Assembly: GCA_965116495.1 (NCBI GenBank)
Contig: OZ220696.1
Coordinates: 3,296,001-3,360,000, forward strand
Origin: Gammaproteobacteria bacterium
GTDB taxonomy: Bacteria; Pseudomonadota; Gammaproteobacteria; Eutrophobiales; Eutrophobiaceae
DNA length: 64,000 nt
Direction of reading: 5' to 3'
The notes below the pieces were generated by a model. That model saw only the letters and a list, made by a program, of their open reading frames with translations. It was not told the DNA's origin and did no database searches. A program made the translations under genes and the position numbers. This document shows, piece by piece, positions 19,815 to 29,702 of the stretch; position 1 is the first letter of the stretch, and each line of letters opens with the position of its first letter.

Positions 19815-20354
19815 CTAGAGGTTCTGTTTCAGATCATCTACCGGCTTCAGCCAGTCCTCGTCCATGCTCACCCGCGTCTTTCCCCAGCCTTCCTCGTAGT
19901 TGCAGAGGATCTGCTGGGTCAGCGCGGTATGGGTTAACTTCCACTCACCGTTGAGCCTGATCATCTCGTCGTCATAGTAACCGGCGACCCAGACCGGGTC
20001 GTATTCCTTTGTCCTGGAGTTATGTACCGTGGCGGCTTCAAACAGGTACCAGCGCGCCGTGGCCGTGCAGCAGTCATCCGCGACCTCTATCCTGATGGGA
20101 ATCAGGCAGTGGAACATCCAGGTGAACGGGTTGACTTCCAGGAATGTGCGAATCTCGTCGCGCCCCTTTAACACCGTATCCCAGTTGGTGAATTCCATGA
20201 CCCCATCCTCAGTGTACAGGTCGACGAACATGTCGATATCCATCTGCGGGTCGGCAGCTACCGCGGACTGCTGTTTAAGGTGTCTTATCTCCTCCATGGC
20301 TTCCAGTCTTTCAAGGCGCTTCAACAGATCATCGATCTTGTGAGATTCAGTCAT
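19815..20354 (-). CDS. SnoaL-like/NTF2-family protein
   Basis: LEA.EEIR.LK, LYTEDGV, GRDEI, ATARWY and G.Y.D...R.NGEWK pattern. Confidence 0.8.
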   Translation of the reverse strand: MTESHKIDDLLKRLERLEAMEEIRHLKQQSAVAADPQMDIDMFVDLYTEDGVMEFTNWDTVLKGRDEIRTFLEVNPFTWMFHCLIPIRIEVADDCCTATARWYLFEAATVHNSRTKEYDPVWVAGYYDDEMIRLNGEWKLTHTALTQQILCNYEEGWGKTRVSMDEDWLKPVDDLKQNL

Positions 20355-20420
20355 GGCATTATCCTTCCTGTTCTCTACAACACATCAAGTTCATGGAAAC
20401 TATAGTATAGTCATACAGGT

Positions 20421-21506
20421 CTAACGTACCTTATCCCTCATCCTCGGCATTAAATGATCGGCAAAAAGCTGTTGCGTACGCAGCGCCTGTTCCCGTTCCA
20501 GGCCGCCGTAATGACTGATGATTATTGCCTCGTCAAACCGGAAATCCTCGTACAATTCTTCCATCTTGTCTCCGACTGACTCCGGTGTCCCTACCAAAAC
20601 AATGTCATTTTCGATCAATTCTTCGTATTCCATTCTGCCGATGCTGGGCATGTAGTCCATGGTGTAGAACTTGTAGCCGGCGCTGATCAAACGTTCCCGT
20701 TCTGCATCATTTGTCGGCATGATCGTCAACTGGGGTGCGACGTTATAACGGACAAAGTTCACTGCAGCCTCCCTGGCTTCGTTGTGTGCGGTAGCTTCGT
20801 CCTCGTGCAGGTAGATCGCCTTGATGAAGCCGACGCTGGGCGTGGTGCCAGCGGCTGTACAGGCGTCCCGGTACACGTTGACGGCATCCTTGAACGCGAT
20901 GCTGGGCGCCGGACCGCCGACGACGATGCCCCATTCCTTTTGCGCAGCCATAGTAAACCACTTGGCGCTGGTGCCCACCTGGTAGATTTTGGGATAAGGT
21001 TTCTGCACGGGTTTCGGCACAACACTGACGTCCTTGACATTGAAATACTTGCCATTGTAGGAAAAGCGCTCTTCGGTCCAGGCCTTTTGCAGGATTTCCA
21101 GGCTTTCCATGTAGCGCCCCATACTTTCTTCCATGGGTATGTCAGCCGGACCGCACAACCAGGGATGGCCGCGTCCCACGCCGCACTCGATGCGCCCCCC
21201 GGTCAATATATCGACCATGGCAATCTCCCCGGCCAGGACCATGGGATTGTGCAATGGCAGGGTGTGACACAGGGCGCGAAAACGCAGGTTTTCGGTGCGC
21301 CCGGCCAGGTGGGTGAATACGGCCAGGGGGTTTGGATTTATCGCAAACTGTTCGTAAAAAGGGTGTTCCAGCGTGGTAAACACATGGAAACCGTTTTGGT
21401 CCGCGTGTATACCGAGCGCCAGCACATCTTCGATCAATTCAGCATGATCACGTCCGGGCGGGCATTGAAATTCGACATACGTGCCGAAGCGCAGGGGTGC
21501 AGTCAT
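20421..21506 (-). CDS. LLM-class (luciferase-like) flavin-dependent monooxygenase
   Basis: LEHPF, LPLHNP..LAGEIA.VD.L.GGR..GVGRG, PKPVQKP.P and VGTPESV motifs. Confidence 0.9.
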   Translation of the reverse strand: MTAPLRFGTYVEFQCPPGRDHAELIEDVLALGIHADQNGFHVFTTLEHPFYEQFAINPNPLAVFTHLAGRTENLRFRALCHTLPLHNPMVLAGEIAMVDILTGGRIECGVGRGHPWLCGPADIPMEESMGRYMESLEILQKAWTEERFSYNGKYFNVKDVSVVPKPVQKPYPKIYQVGTSAKWFTMAAQKEWGIVVGGPAPSIAFKDAVNVYRDACTAAGTTPSVGFIKAIYLHEDEATAHNEAREAAVNFVRYNVAPQLTIMPTNDAERERLISAGYKFYTMDYMPSIGRMEYEELIENDIVLVGTPESVGDKMEELYEDFRFDEAIIISHYGGLEREQALRTQQLFADHLMPRMRDKVR

Positions 21507-21601
21507 CAGTTTTTCCTTGTTTTGGTTTTTAGTAGTTGGTTCCAAGCCGACTTCCAATCCATTATACTATACTGACGAGAACCTGCGTGGAGGAGGAGGA
21601 G

Positions 21602-22813
21602 ATGAGTGCAGCCGTAGTTGGAGAGCGCCGCTGGGCCAGGACTTATCCCTGGCTGGGTGAAGACCCCGTTCCGACCGAACCCTGTATTTCGGAGAACATC
21701 TATCACCAGGAGGTGGAGAAGGTGTTCAAAAAGGTCTGGCTGCACGTGGGCCGGGACAATGAATTACCCGAACCCGGTTGCTACAAGCTCAAGCGGCTGG
21801 ATTTTGCCAGTACCACGGTGTTGCTGATTCGGGGCAAAGACGGTGTAATAAGGGCATTCCATAACACCTGCTCCCACAGAGGGAACACGGTCGTGGTGCC
21901 GGAAGGCGAATGGGACAACTTCGGTCAGAAGGCGGCCTTCTCCTGCCGCTTCCATGCCTGGACCTACAACGATAAGGGCGAGCTTATCGGCGCCCAGGAA
22001 GAAACCGGCATGCCGCCCTGTTTTCGCAAATCGGAAAACGGTCTGACGCCGATCAACTGCGATACCTGGGAAGGGTTCATCTTTATCAATCTGGATGAGA
22101 AGCCATCAGTTGGACTGCACGAGTACCTGGGGGAGATGGGCATACATTTTTCCGGTTTTCCCTACAGTGAAATCACCCACAATTTTGCCTATTACACGTA
22201 CCTGAACTGCAACTGGAAGGTGGGACTGGATGCCTTTGCCGAAGCCTATCACGTGAACACCATCCATGCGGGCTCGTTCCCGGGCACATTTTCGACCGGA
22301 TTGCAGATGATCAAGCTGTTGGGTGATCACCGCACCACCGCAGTCTGCTTCAACCCGCCCAAGGATGCACCGCCTGTGGCATCGCTGGCCCAGGCCAAAG
22401 CCAGGGGCTCACTGGTGAACAACGTCAGGGAAACGATACTGCCGCCTACCCTGAATGATGAGAAGCGCGACGATTATGCATTCGAGCTGAGCGTGTTCTT
22501 TCCGAACTGGCTGTTGCACGTATCTGAAGGTATCTGGTTCACCCACCAGTTCTGGCCCATCGGCTATGACCAGTGCCTGTGGGAAGGCAAGTATAACGTC
22601 ATGGAACCGACTACCAACAGTGAGAAATGGGCGCTGGAACACGCCATGGTGGTGCAGCGCAACGCCTGGCTGGAAGATACGGCAACCATGGAGGGGACTT
22701 TCTTTGCGCTGAATTCCGGCAGCAAGAAGCACATGAACCTGCATGATGAGGAAATCCTGGTCAGGCACGGTTATCACGTTCTGGAGAAATACCTGAACCA
22801 GGGAAACCCTTGA
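21602..22813 (+). CDS. Rieske non-heme iron oxygenase alpha subunit (A1)
   Basis: Rieske CSHRG...CRFH; NWK...DAFAEAYHVNTIH mononuclear Fe motif; distal WLED. Confidence 0.92.
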   Translation: MSAAVVGERRWARTYPWLGEDPVPTEPCISENIYHQEVEKVFKKVWLHVGRDNELPEPGCYKLKRLDFASTTVLLIRGKDGVIRAFHNTCSHRGNTVVVPEGEWDNFGQKAAFSCRFHAWTYNDKGELIGAQEETGMPPCFRKSENGLTPINCDTWEGFIFINLDEKPSVGLHEYLGEMGIHFSGFPYSEITHNFAYYTYLNCNWKVGLDAFAEAYHVNTIHAGSFPGTFSTGLQMIKLLGDHRTTAVCFNPPKDAPPVASLAQAKARGSLVNNVRETILPPTLNDEKRDDYAFELSVFFPNWLLHVSEGIWFTHQFWPIGYDQCLWEGKYNVMEPTTNSEKWALEHAMVVQRNAWLEDTATMEGTFFALNSGSKKHMNLHDEEILVRHGYHVLEKYLNQGNP

Positions 22814-23151
22814 TGAAACTGCTGCCGCAAGGGTTTGAAGAGCTGGAAACCTGGGCAGGCGCATGGGCCTTGCCCACCCAGAACATCCGCTGGGATAAAC
22901 GGCTGGCGTCGACCAGGGAGGAGTTGAAAGCATTCTACAACGCCGTCGTACCCTACCTGGAACGCATCCTTGATCACGTGGACAAGTATCCTTTGGGGGG
23001 GTTACCGGAACAGTCTGCAAGACTGTTTGACCTGGCGCTCATGCACGCCGAAATCGCGCCCAACGTGGAACTGTATGACGGCGACCCGAATGTACCCCAC
23101 AGTTTCGAGGAAAAACGCTTTATTGCCGTGCACGGCAATGACAGGCATTGA
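22813..23151 (+). CDS. Uncharacterised ~112-aa protein coupled to Rieske A1
   Basis: Start overlaps the Rieske stop; paralogous to 26017-26367 (LPxxFxxLxxxxGAWA.P, FYxA, AExAPxxELY, VPxSF, RFxAxHG). Confidence 0.8.
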   Translation: MKLLPQGFEELETWAGAWALPTQNIRWDKRLASTREELKAFYNAVVPYLERILDHVDKYPLGGLPEQSARLFDLALMHAEIAPNVELYDGDPNVPHSFEEKRFIAVHGNDRH

Positions 23152-23152
23152 C

Positions 23153-23629
23153 ATGACTACAGATATTGAAAAACAGGTCGCCTGGTTGACGGCGAACGAA
23201 CACATCAGGAGCGTCATAGCGAGATACGCAAAAGCGGGGGATGATCAAAACAATCCCGAACAGATGCGCCAGGTGCTGGCGGAAGACGCCATCTGGGAAG
23301 CGAAGGGGTTCGGGAAGTTTACCGGCAGGGACGTCATTGCCGAGGAATTATCGAAGATCGGCCAGGAGATGATCGTCTGGTCGTTGCACTATCCGGTTTC
23401 CCCCATAATCGATATCGCAGACGATCTCAACACGGCCCACGCCTTCTGGTGGTTGTGGGAACTGACGACCATGCGCGACGAGGAAGGCGACGAGGAAAGC
23501 AACTGGCTGGCGGCTACCTACGAATGTGATTTCATCCGGGCCGCTGACGGCTGGAAGATAAAACACCTGATACTGGAGGTAAAAAAAGTCGTTCCATACC
23601 AGGATGTACCCAGTGAAATAGCACCCTGA
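23153..23629 (+). CDS. SnoaL-like/NTF2-family protein
   Basis: YA...D, AEDAIWE..GFG.F.GRD.I, H...SP.I, A...W.L and Y...F.R..DGWKI pattern. Confidence 0.8.
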   Translation: MTTDIEKQVAWLTANEHIRSVIARYAKAGDDQNNPEQMRQVLAEDAIWEAKGFGKFTGRDVIAEELSKIGQEMIVWSLHYPVSPIIDIADDLNTAHAFWWLWELTTMRDEEGDEESNWLAATYECDFIRAADGWKIKHLILEVKKVVPYQDVPSEIAP

Positions 23630-23651
23630 TCCTTTTGAAGGAGGTTCTCCC

Positions 23652-24779
23652 ATGGCTGTTAAAGCAGACGAATACATCCGCATTGATCGAACCCGGCAAC
23701 TGGGCGAGGAACCCGAGACGGGACACAACCGCTGGCACCCGGATATCAAACCGGTAGCCGAGGTCGACCCGGGCCAGGTCATCGGCATGGAAACGCGGGA
23801 TGCCCTTGACGGGCAATACAATCATGCAACCACGGCTGCACAGGTAGCCGACTCCAACCTGAACCTGGTGCATCCTCTGACCGGTCCCGTTTATGTTAAC
23901 GGCGCCGAACTCGGTGACATCCTGGAAGTCAAGGTCCTTGAAGTGGCGCCGGAACCGTTCGGCTTTACCGTGCAGGTGCCGGGTTTCGGCTTCCTGCGCG
24001 ACCTGTTCACGGAACCTTATATCATCCACTGGGATATCGCCAATGGTTTCGCCACTTCGGCGGATTTGCCCGGCGTGAAAATCCCGGGCGCGCCTTTCAT
24101 GGGTGTCATGGGCACGGCGCCGTCCCATGAACTGCTGGAAGAGATCAACAGGCGGGAAGCCGACTTACAGGCCCGCGGGGGCATGGTCCTGCTACCCGAC
24201 ACGGCCGATGCCGTTCCCCGGGAACCGGGCATTGCTGCCAAGGCCGTACGCACCATTGCCCCCCATGAAACCGGCGGTAACGTGGATATCAAACAGTTGA
24301 CAGCCGGCACCACGGTACGCTTCCCCGTGTATACGCCGGGAGCCCTGTTCTCGGTGGGTGATTCCCATTTCGCCCAGGGGGACAATGAAAGTTGCGGCAC
24401 CGCGGTGGAGATGAGCGCGACGTTTTACGGCTCTTTCAAGCTGCTGAAAGGGGAAGCGGCGAAACGCAATATAACGGACTTGCAGTTCTACCGGGATGAT
24501 TACTTCACAGAGCCGGAGATGGCGGTTCCGCAACGCTTCTTTGCGACCACCGGCCAGTCCTTCAGCAAAGACGGACGGGCGGAATCGGAGGAGACCACCC
24601 TGGCGGCGCGCAATGCCTTGCTTAACATGATCGAATACCTGGTCAGCGAACGGGGTTACAGCGAGCAGCAGGCGTACGCGATATGCAGCGTTGCGGTGGA
24701 CCTGAGGATATCGGAAATGGTGGACGTGCCAAATTTTGTTGTCTCAGCCTTCCTGCCCCTGGATATCTTTACGGAATAA
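23652..24779 (+). CDS. Acetamidase/formamidase (FmdA family)
   Basis: HNRWHPDI.P, HPLTGP, GGNVD, GDSHFAQGD.ESCGTAVE and VDVPN motifs. Confidence 0.9.
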   Translation: MAVKADEYIRIDRTRQLGEEPETGHNRWHPDIKPVAEVDPGQVIGMETRDALDGQYNHATTAAQVADSNLNLVHPLTGPVYVNGAELGDILEVKVLEVAPEPFGFTVQVPGFGFLRDLFTEPYIIHWDIANGFATSADLPGVKIPGAPFMGVMGTAPSHELLEEINRREADLQARGGMVLLPDTADAVPREPGIAAKAVRTIAPHETGGNVDIKQLTAGTTVRFPVYTPGALFSVGDSHFAQGDNESCGTAVEMSATFYGSFKLLKGEAAKRNITDLQFYRDDYFTEPEMAVPQRFFATTGQSFSKDGRAESEETTLAARNALLNMIEYLVSERGYSEQQAYAICSVAVDLRISEMVDVPNFVVSAFLPLDIFTE

Positions 24780-24784
24780 ACAGC

Positions 24785-26020
24785 ATGGCGGCGTCCGCCG
24801 ATCAGGTAAGGCAGGCAATGCCCTTCACCACCCGCTATCCTGAACTGGGTACGGGCCCGGTGGATGTCAGGCCGATGATTGACCCGGAGTTGTTCGAACT
24901 GGAACGGGAGCGTATCTTCGGGCAGGCCTGGCTCTACGTAGCCCGGGCTGAAGAACTGGCCGAACCCGGCGACTATAAACTGCGCCGCCTGGATGTGGCG
25001 AATACCTCCGTGATTATCGTCCGGGACAAAAGCGGCGAAATTCATGCCTTCCATAATATCTGTACCCATCGCGGCAACAAGCTCATCCCGGAGCAGGACG
25101 CGCAATCACTGGGACATACTTCTACGCATAGCCTGACCTGCCGATTTCATGCCTGGACCTTCAATACCGATGGTACATTGCGAGGGGTGGCCCGCCAGGA
25201 GAGTTTTGCCGGCCTGGACAAATCCTGCCTGGGACTGAAGCGGATACACTGCGCCGAGTGGGAAGGCTTCATCTTTATCAACCTTGCCGAACAGCCACGG
25301 CAGAACCTGGTGGAGTACCTGGACGGCATGGCGGACCACTTCGCCGGATATCCGTACCACGAAGCGACCTTGCGGTTCCGTTACTCAGCCGTGTTGAACT
25401 GCAACTGGAAAGTGGCCCTGTATGCCTTTTCGGAGGCATATCATGTCCCCACCATTCACAAGGGCACGTTTCCCAGCCTGGCCAAACTGGAACATACCGA
25501 GATCAAGTGTTTCGGACCACACAGCACGTCCGGTATTTATGTGCCCCCGGTACCCGGTCTGGAACCGACCCCGGTAACGGCAAACCTTGGCGGCCGGCTG
25601 AGGACTTCGGAACGGCACAGACCTCACCTTGAGTTGTTGCCGGAAAACATCAACCGGGACAAACGGGGTGACTTCCAGTTTGAATTCCCCGTATTCTTCC
25701 CCAATTTTTTACTGCACCTGGGCGCGGGGAACGGTTATCCGGGTATGGCCTTTTTTACCCACCAGTTCTGGCCCATCTCAGTAGACAGGACCCTGTGGGA
25801 AGGCACGAACTTTTTCAGGCCGCCGGAAACCGTCAGCGAACGGATTGCAATCGCGCATGTCAACGCGTTACACCGCAATGCCTGGCTGGAAGATACCTCG
25901 ACCATGGAAGATACCTACCAGGCCCTGGCTTCCGGCGTCCTGGAAGAAATGGTCTTGATGGATGAGGAACTGATGATCAGGAACACCCATAAACACTGGC
26001 ATGATTACATGGGTTTATGA
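24785..26020 (+). CDS. Rieske non-heme iron oxygenase alpha subunit (A2, paralogue of A1)
   Basis: CTHRG...CRFH, NWK...AFSEAYHVPTIH, FTHQFWP and RNAWLEDT shared with A1. Confidence 0.92.
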   Translation: MAASADQVRQAMPFTTRYPELGTGPVDVRPMIDPELFELERERIFGQAWLYVARAEELAEPGDYKLRRLDVANTSVIIVRDKSGEIHAFHNICTHRGNKLIPEQDAQSLGHTSTHSLTCRFHAWTFNTDGTLRGVARQESFAGLDKSCLGLKRIHCAEWEGFIFINLAEQPRQNLVEYLDGMADHFAGYPYHEATLRFRYSAVLNCNWKVALYAFSEAYHVPTIHKGTFPSLAKLEHTEIKCFGPHSTSGIYVPPVPGLEPTPVTANLGGRLRTSERHRPHLELLPENINRDKRGDFQFEFPVFFPNFLLHLGAGNGYPGMAFFTHQFWPISVDRTLWEGTNFFRPPETVSERIAIAHVNALHRNAWLEDTSTMEDTYQALASGVLEEMVLMDEELMIRNTHKHWHDYMGL

Positions 26021-26367
26021 GAGCTGTGACGACGTTGCCTGAACAGTTTTCCGGTTTGGATCCGTTTGTGGGGGCCTGGGCCTTTCCTGCCGAACTGCAG
26101 CGTTCACAACAGCGCTGGAACGCGGGTCCTGATGACTACCAGGAATTCTATGAGGCTATGTTGCCGGTGCTGGACCAGGTCTTGGAGTACCTGGATCAAT
26201 TCAAGCCCGGGCAGGTCCCGGAACATGCATTGCCTCTTTATTACCTGGCCCTGGCGTTCGCCGAGGCCGCGCCCCATAACGAGTTGTACGAATGCAGCAA
26301 TACCGTCCCGAACAGTTTTGACGCCCACCGGTTTGTCGCCGCTCACGGCGAAAATATCGACCGATAG
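26017..26367 (+). CDS. Uncharacterised ~116-aa protein coupled to Rieske A2
   Basis: ATGA overlap with the A2 stop; paralogue of 22813-23151. Confidence 0.8.
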   Translation: MRAVTTLPEQFSGLDPFVGAWAFPAELQRSQQRWNAGPDDYQEFYEAMLPVLDQVLEYLDQFKPGQVPEHALPLYYLALAFAEAAPHNELYECSNTVPNSFDAHRFVAAHGENIDR

Positions 26368-26375
26368 AACTCCAC

Positions 26376-26421
26376 CGTCATTCCCGCGCAAGCGGGAACC
26401 CAGGCTTTACGGGAATGACGG
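26376..26421. repeat. REP-like (dRS3-like) palindrome between convergent genes
   Basis: cgtcattcccgcgcaagcgggaacccag...gggaatgacgg. Confidence 0.8.
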
Positions 26422-26431
26422 GAAGCTGAGA

Positions 26432-26920
26432 CTACTCTTCGAAATTTCCGGCTATAGTGGCAAGGCCGCCATCGTAAATACCGCTGATGACTTCTTTGGC
26501 CTCGTCATCCGTTGCGCCCTCGGACATGAACGACGATGACCAGTTGATGGTTGTGCTCCCGGCATCTCCCACGGCCTCAAAAGTCGAACTGTAATCCTTG
26601 ACCGGTAACGGACCCTCAATGATCGTGTAGGAATACCCGGTAGCCGTAGCGCCATCATGCCTTTCCTTGATCTGTGCCCCGTCCCCCAGGGTGAGAATCC
26701 GGTAGGTGGTGCCGTCCTCATCGCTGATTTCGCAGGTTTCAACAGCCGGGTGCCAGACGCTGATGGCACAGAAATCGCCCGCATATCCCCAGACATCGTC
26801 AAGCCCGGCATTGATGGTCATCGATTTACTGACCTCAAGCATCGGGGCTGGCTGCTCGCTGCTGCAACCTGATAGAATCAACAGCATTGCTGCTGGTAGA
26901 ATAAGTTTGAATAGTTTCAT
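26432..26920 (-). CDS. SRPBCC/polyketide cyclase-family lipoprotein
   Basis: Lipobox LSGC; DF..I..WHPA, R.L.L.DG..I.E and YSY.I..GPLPV.DY pattern. Confidence 0.82.
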   Translation of the reverse strand: MKLFKLILPAAMLLILSGCSSEQPAPMLEVSKSMTINAGLDDVWGYAGDFCAISVWHPAVETCEISDEDGTTYRILTLGDGAQIKERHDGATATGYSYTIIEGPLPVKDYSSTFEAVGDAGSTTINWSSSFMSEGATDDEAKEVISGIYDGGLATIAGNFEE

Positions 26921-27028
26921 GCTAAGCTCCTTTGTGTTATGGACTCAGGATATTTTTCCTGATTGCGGGATTATAGGGCAATACAATCAAGGATCATACA
27001 GGAAATTTCCCCGTTCCCGGTTGAAATA

Positions 27029-28321
27029 ATGACATCAGAATTACATCGTCTCAATCTTGCTGAAGCCGCCCGGGGCATTGCCGGCGGCGTGTTTACCCCG
27101 GTTGACCTGGTGACCGCCTGTCTTGAACGGATTCATGCAAGAGAGGACCGGGTCAAGGCCTGGGCCTGGCTTGACCCCGACCAGGCGCTGGCCCGGGCAC
27201 GCGCCTGTAATGGGCGGCCCGCAACAACGTCGTTGCACGGCATCCCCATCGGCATCAAGGATATTATCGATACGGCAGACATGCCGACCTGTTACGGGTC
27301 ACAGGTTTTTCAGGGACATTACCCCGCTGAAGACGCAGAGTGCATCCGCCTGTTGAAACAGGCAGGGGCGGTTATCATGGGGAAAACCGTGACCACTGAG
27401 TTTGCTTTTTATGCGCCGGGTAAAACCGCCAATCCCCATGCCCTGGACCACACGCCGGGCGGGTCTTCGAGCGGTTCCGCGGCAGCAGTGGCTGATTTTC
27501 ATGTGCCGCTTGCCCTGGGCACGCAAACTTCGGGTTCCATCATCCGGCCGGCAAGTTTTAACGGTGTTTTCGGCTGCAAGCCGACGTATAACTCTTATTC
27601 ACTCGGCGGCATCCATCCCCTGGCGCCGGAACTCGATACCCTGGGGGCGTTCAGCCGTGCGCCTTTTGACCTTGCCCTGTTGCATGGCGTGTTGGCGCAA
27701 CAGGAAACCAGGACGCCGGGCGCAGTACGGCCTGCTACGGTTGCCGTTGTCCGCACCCCGGCCTGGGATGACGCCGCTGCCGAGGTACAGGACAGTATGC
27801 TTGACTTCGCTGGACGGCTACGGCAGGCGGGCATTGACGTGGTTGAAGCGGATGAAGACCTGCTGAACGGCATGATGGAAGTACAGCAGGCATACCTTGC
27901 CCGCGGCGCCGCGGCCTCCCTGGGACATATTACGGATCGGCACCCGGACCAGGTGCGCCCGCAGACCCGGAACCTGGTTGTGGAGGGCCGCCGGGTGGAC
28001 AAGTCATTTGATGCCGGGCTGAATGACGCCCTGGCCAGGGGAGAGCGTTTCCTGTCAGGCGTTTTTTCCCGGGCAGACCTGGTCATAACCCCCGGTGCAC
28101 CGGGCGGCGCACCGGCGGGCCTGCACAATACCGGCAACCCCATGTTCAACAGGATCTGGACTTTTCTGCAGACCCCCTGTATGAATCTGCCGCTGACAAA
28201 AAGCGCTAACGGACTGCCCATCGGCATACAACTGGTGTGCAACAGGCAGGAAGATGAACGGTTATTTGCTTACTCGGCTTACCTGCAGAATTTAACCAGG
28301 TATGATATTGAACAACCTTGA
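27029..28321 (+). CDS. Amidase-signature family amidase
   Basis: GIPIGIKD, GKT.T.EFA, TPGGSSSGSAAAV and GTQTSGSIIRPA motifs. Confidence 0.93.
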   Translation: MTSELHRLNLAEAARGIAGGVFTPVDLVTACLERIHAREDRVKAWAWLDPDQALARARACNGRPATTSLHGIPIGIKDIIDTADMPTCYGSQVFQGHYPAEDAECIRLLKQAGAVIMGKTVTTEFAFYAPGKTANPHALDHTPGGSSSGSAAAVADFHVPLALGTQTSGSIIRPASFNGVFGCKPTYNSYSLGGIHPLAPELDTLGAFSRAPFDLALLHGVLAQQETRTPGAVRPATVAVVRTPAWDDAAAEVQDSMLDFAGRLRQAGIDVVEADEDLLNGMMEVQQAYLARGAAASLGHITDRHPDQVRPQTRNLVVEGRRVDKSFDAGLNDALARGERFLSGVFSRADLVITPGAPGGAPAGLHNTGNPMFNRIWTFLQTPCMNLPLTKSANGLPIGIQLVCNRQEDERLFAYSAYLQNLTRYDIEQP

Positions 28322-28333
28322 GGGAGAGTGATA

Positions 28334-29677
28334 ATGACAACCTTGAACACCAGAGACATTCCATTGAGCCGGGAACAACGGCAGTGGTACCAGGCTGCCT
28401 GCGATAAAATTGACCTGGCGCGCCTGAAGCAACTGATCTTCGACCTGACTGCCAAACACAGTCCCACCGGCGCCGAGCGGGAGGCCTGTGAATTCATGAC
28501 CGAGTACCTGAACAGCGTGGGGATCAGGGCGCATTATCAACCGATTACGGATATCTCGGGCAACTGTTACGGCCGGGTAAAAGGATCGGGCGATGGTCCC
28601 ACGCTGATGCTGTACGCCCCTGTCGACACACTGCTGGAAGGGGACCCGGAACAGGATTTGCCCCACGCCGGCCCGGAGCACCGGGCCGACATGCGGCCCG
28701 AGCCGTATATCGACGGCGACCTGGTCATCGGCCTGGGCGCCTCCAACCCGAAATCCATGGTCGCCCTGTTGACGGAGGCATTGACCTGTGTTGTGGAAGC
28801 GGAGGTGGAGTTGAAAGGCGATGTGGTCATCGCCACGGCAGGCGGGGGGATGCCCTGGATTGTTCCAGAACGCAACCACACGGGCATCAGCAACGGCGTG
28901 AACCACCTGCTGTCCCACGGCGTAACCGCGGATTTCGGCGTCATCTGCAAACCTTGGGATGATATTTATTATGAACACCCGGGCATGGTCTGGTTCAAGG
29001 TAACCGTCTGGGGGACCATGGGTTACGCCGGCATTCCCCGCGGGGTGCCGGGCTTCCGCAGCTCGATCATTCCCGCAGCAAAAGTTATCCTGGACCTGGA
29101 GGAATGGTTGATAGAGTACCCGGATAAACATACCAGCGACCAGGTAAAACCTGAAGGCTGGATTTCCGCGTTACGCTGCGGCTGGCCTGATAAACCCGCG
29201 TTTCCCGGCGCGGCGACTGAAATCTGGCTCGATGTGCGCACCAGTCCCCTGCAGAAGGCGGCCCAGGTTGAGCGGGAATTCGACCAGGTCATGAAAGCCA
29301 TCCTGGACAAACATCCTGAGGTGGAGGCGGAATGGGAGACCGTCGTGACCTGTGACGCAGCGTCGACCGACCCGGATCACTGGGTGGTGCAGTCTGCCCT
29401 GCGGGCCTGGCAGGAAGTGCACGGCAAACCGTATCCCGGCGCCCCGCACATGGCGGGACAGACAGATGCCGCAACCATCAACCGGACCGGTTTCCCCCTG
29501 GTGCGTATAGGCTATGCCTGGCTGAGTGAAGCCGATACACCGGCGGAATTTACCGAGGGTCTGGGCGGCATGGGTGTCATCCGGGTACCCGATTTGGAAA
29601 TTTCCATCAAGGAAGCGATCTATACTGTTATTGATTCCTGTACCCGGACGCGGGCGGAAGTCGGACTGACAGATTGA
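28334..29677 (+). CDS. M20 (ArgE/DapE)-fold protein lacking canonical metal ligands
   Basis: SPTG.E, GN..G...G.GDGP.L.L and G.TDA fold motifs; APVDT, GLGASNPK and TAGGG replace GHxD, GRGxxDMK and EE. Confidence 0.7.
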   Translation: MTTLNTRDIPLSREQRQWYQAACDKIDLARLKQLIFDLTAKHSPTGAEREACEFMTEYLNSVGIRAHYQPITDISGNCYGRVKGSGDGPTLMLYAPVDTLLEGDPEQDLPHAGPEHRADMRPEPYIDGDLVIGLGASNPKSMVALLTEALTCVVEAEVELKGDVVIATAGGGMPWIVPERNHTGISNGVNHLLSHGVTADFGVICKPWDDIYYEHPGMVWFKVTVWGTMGYAGIPRGVPGFRSSIIPAAKVILDLEEWLIEYPDKHTSDQVKPEGWISALRCGWPDKPAFPGAATEIWLDVRTSPLQKAAQVEREFDQVMKAILDKHPEVEAEWETVVTCDAASTDPDHWVVQSALRAWQEVHGKPYPGAPHMAGQTDAATINRTGFPLVRIGYAWLSEADTPAEFTEGLGGMGVIRVPDLEISIKEAIYTVIDSCTRTRAEVGLTD

Positions 29678-29702
29678 GAAACTGCTGCCGAGGAGGAGAC
29701 AA

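Noticed and set aside
20399-21576. TATAGTATA motif upstream of both the SnoaL and LLM/Rieske genes as a shared operator
   Set aside because: Short, AT-rich and explainable as -10 elements; insufficient evidence.
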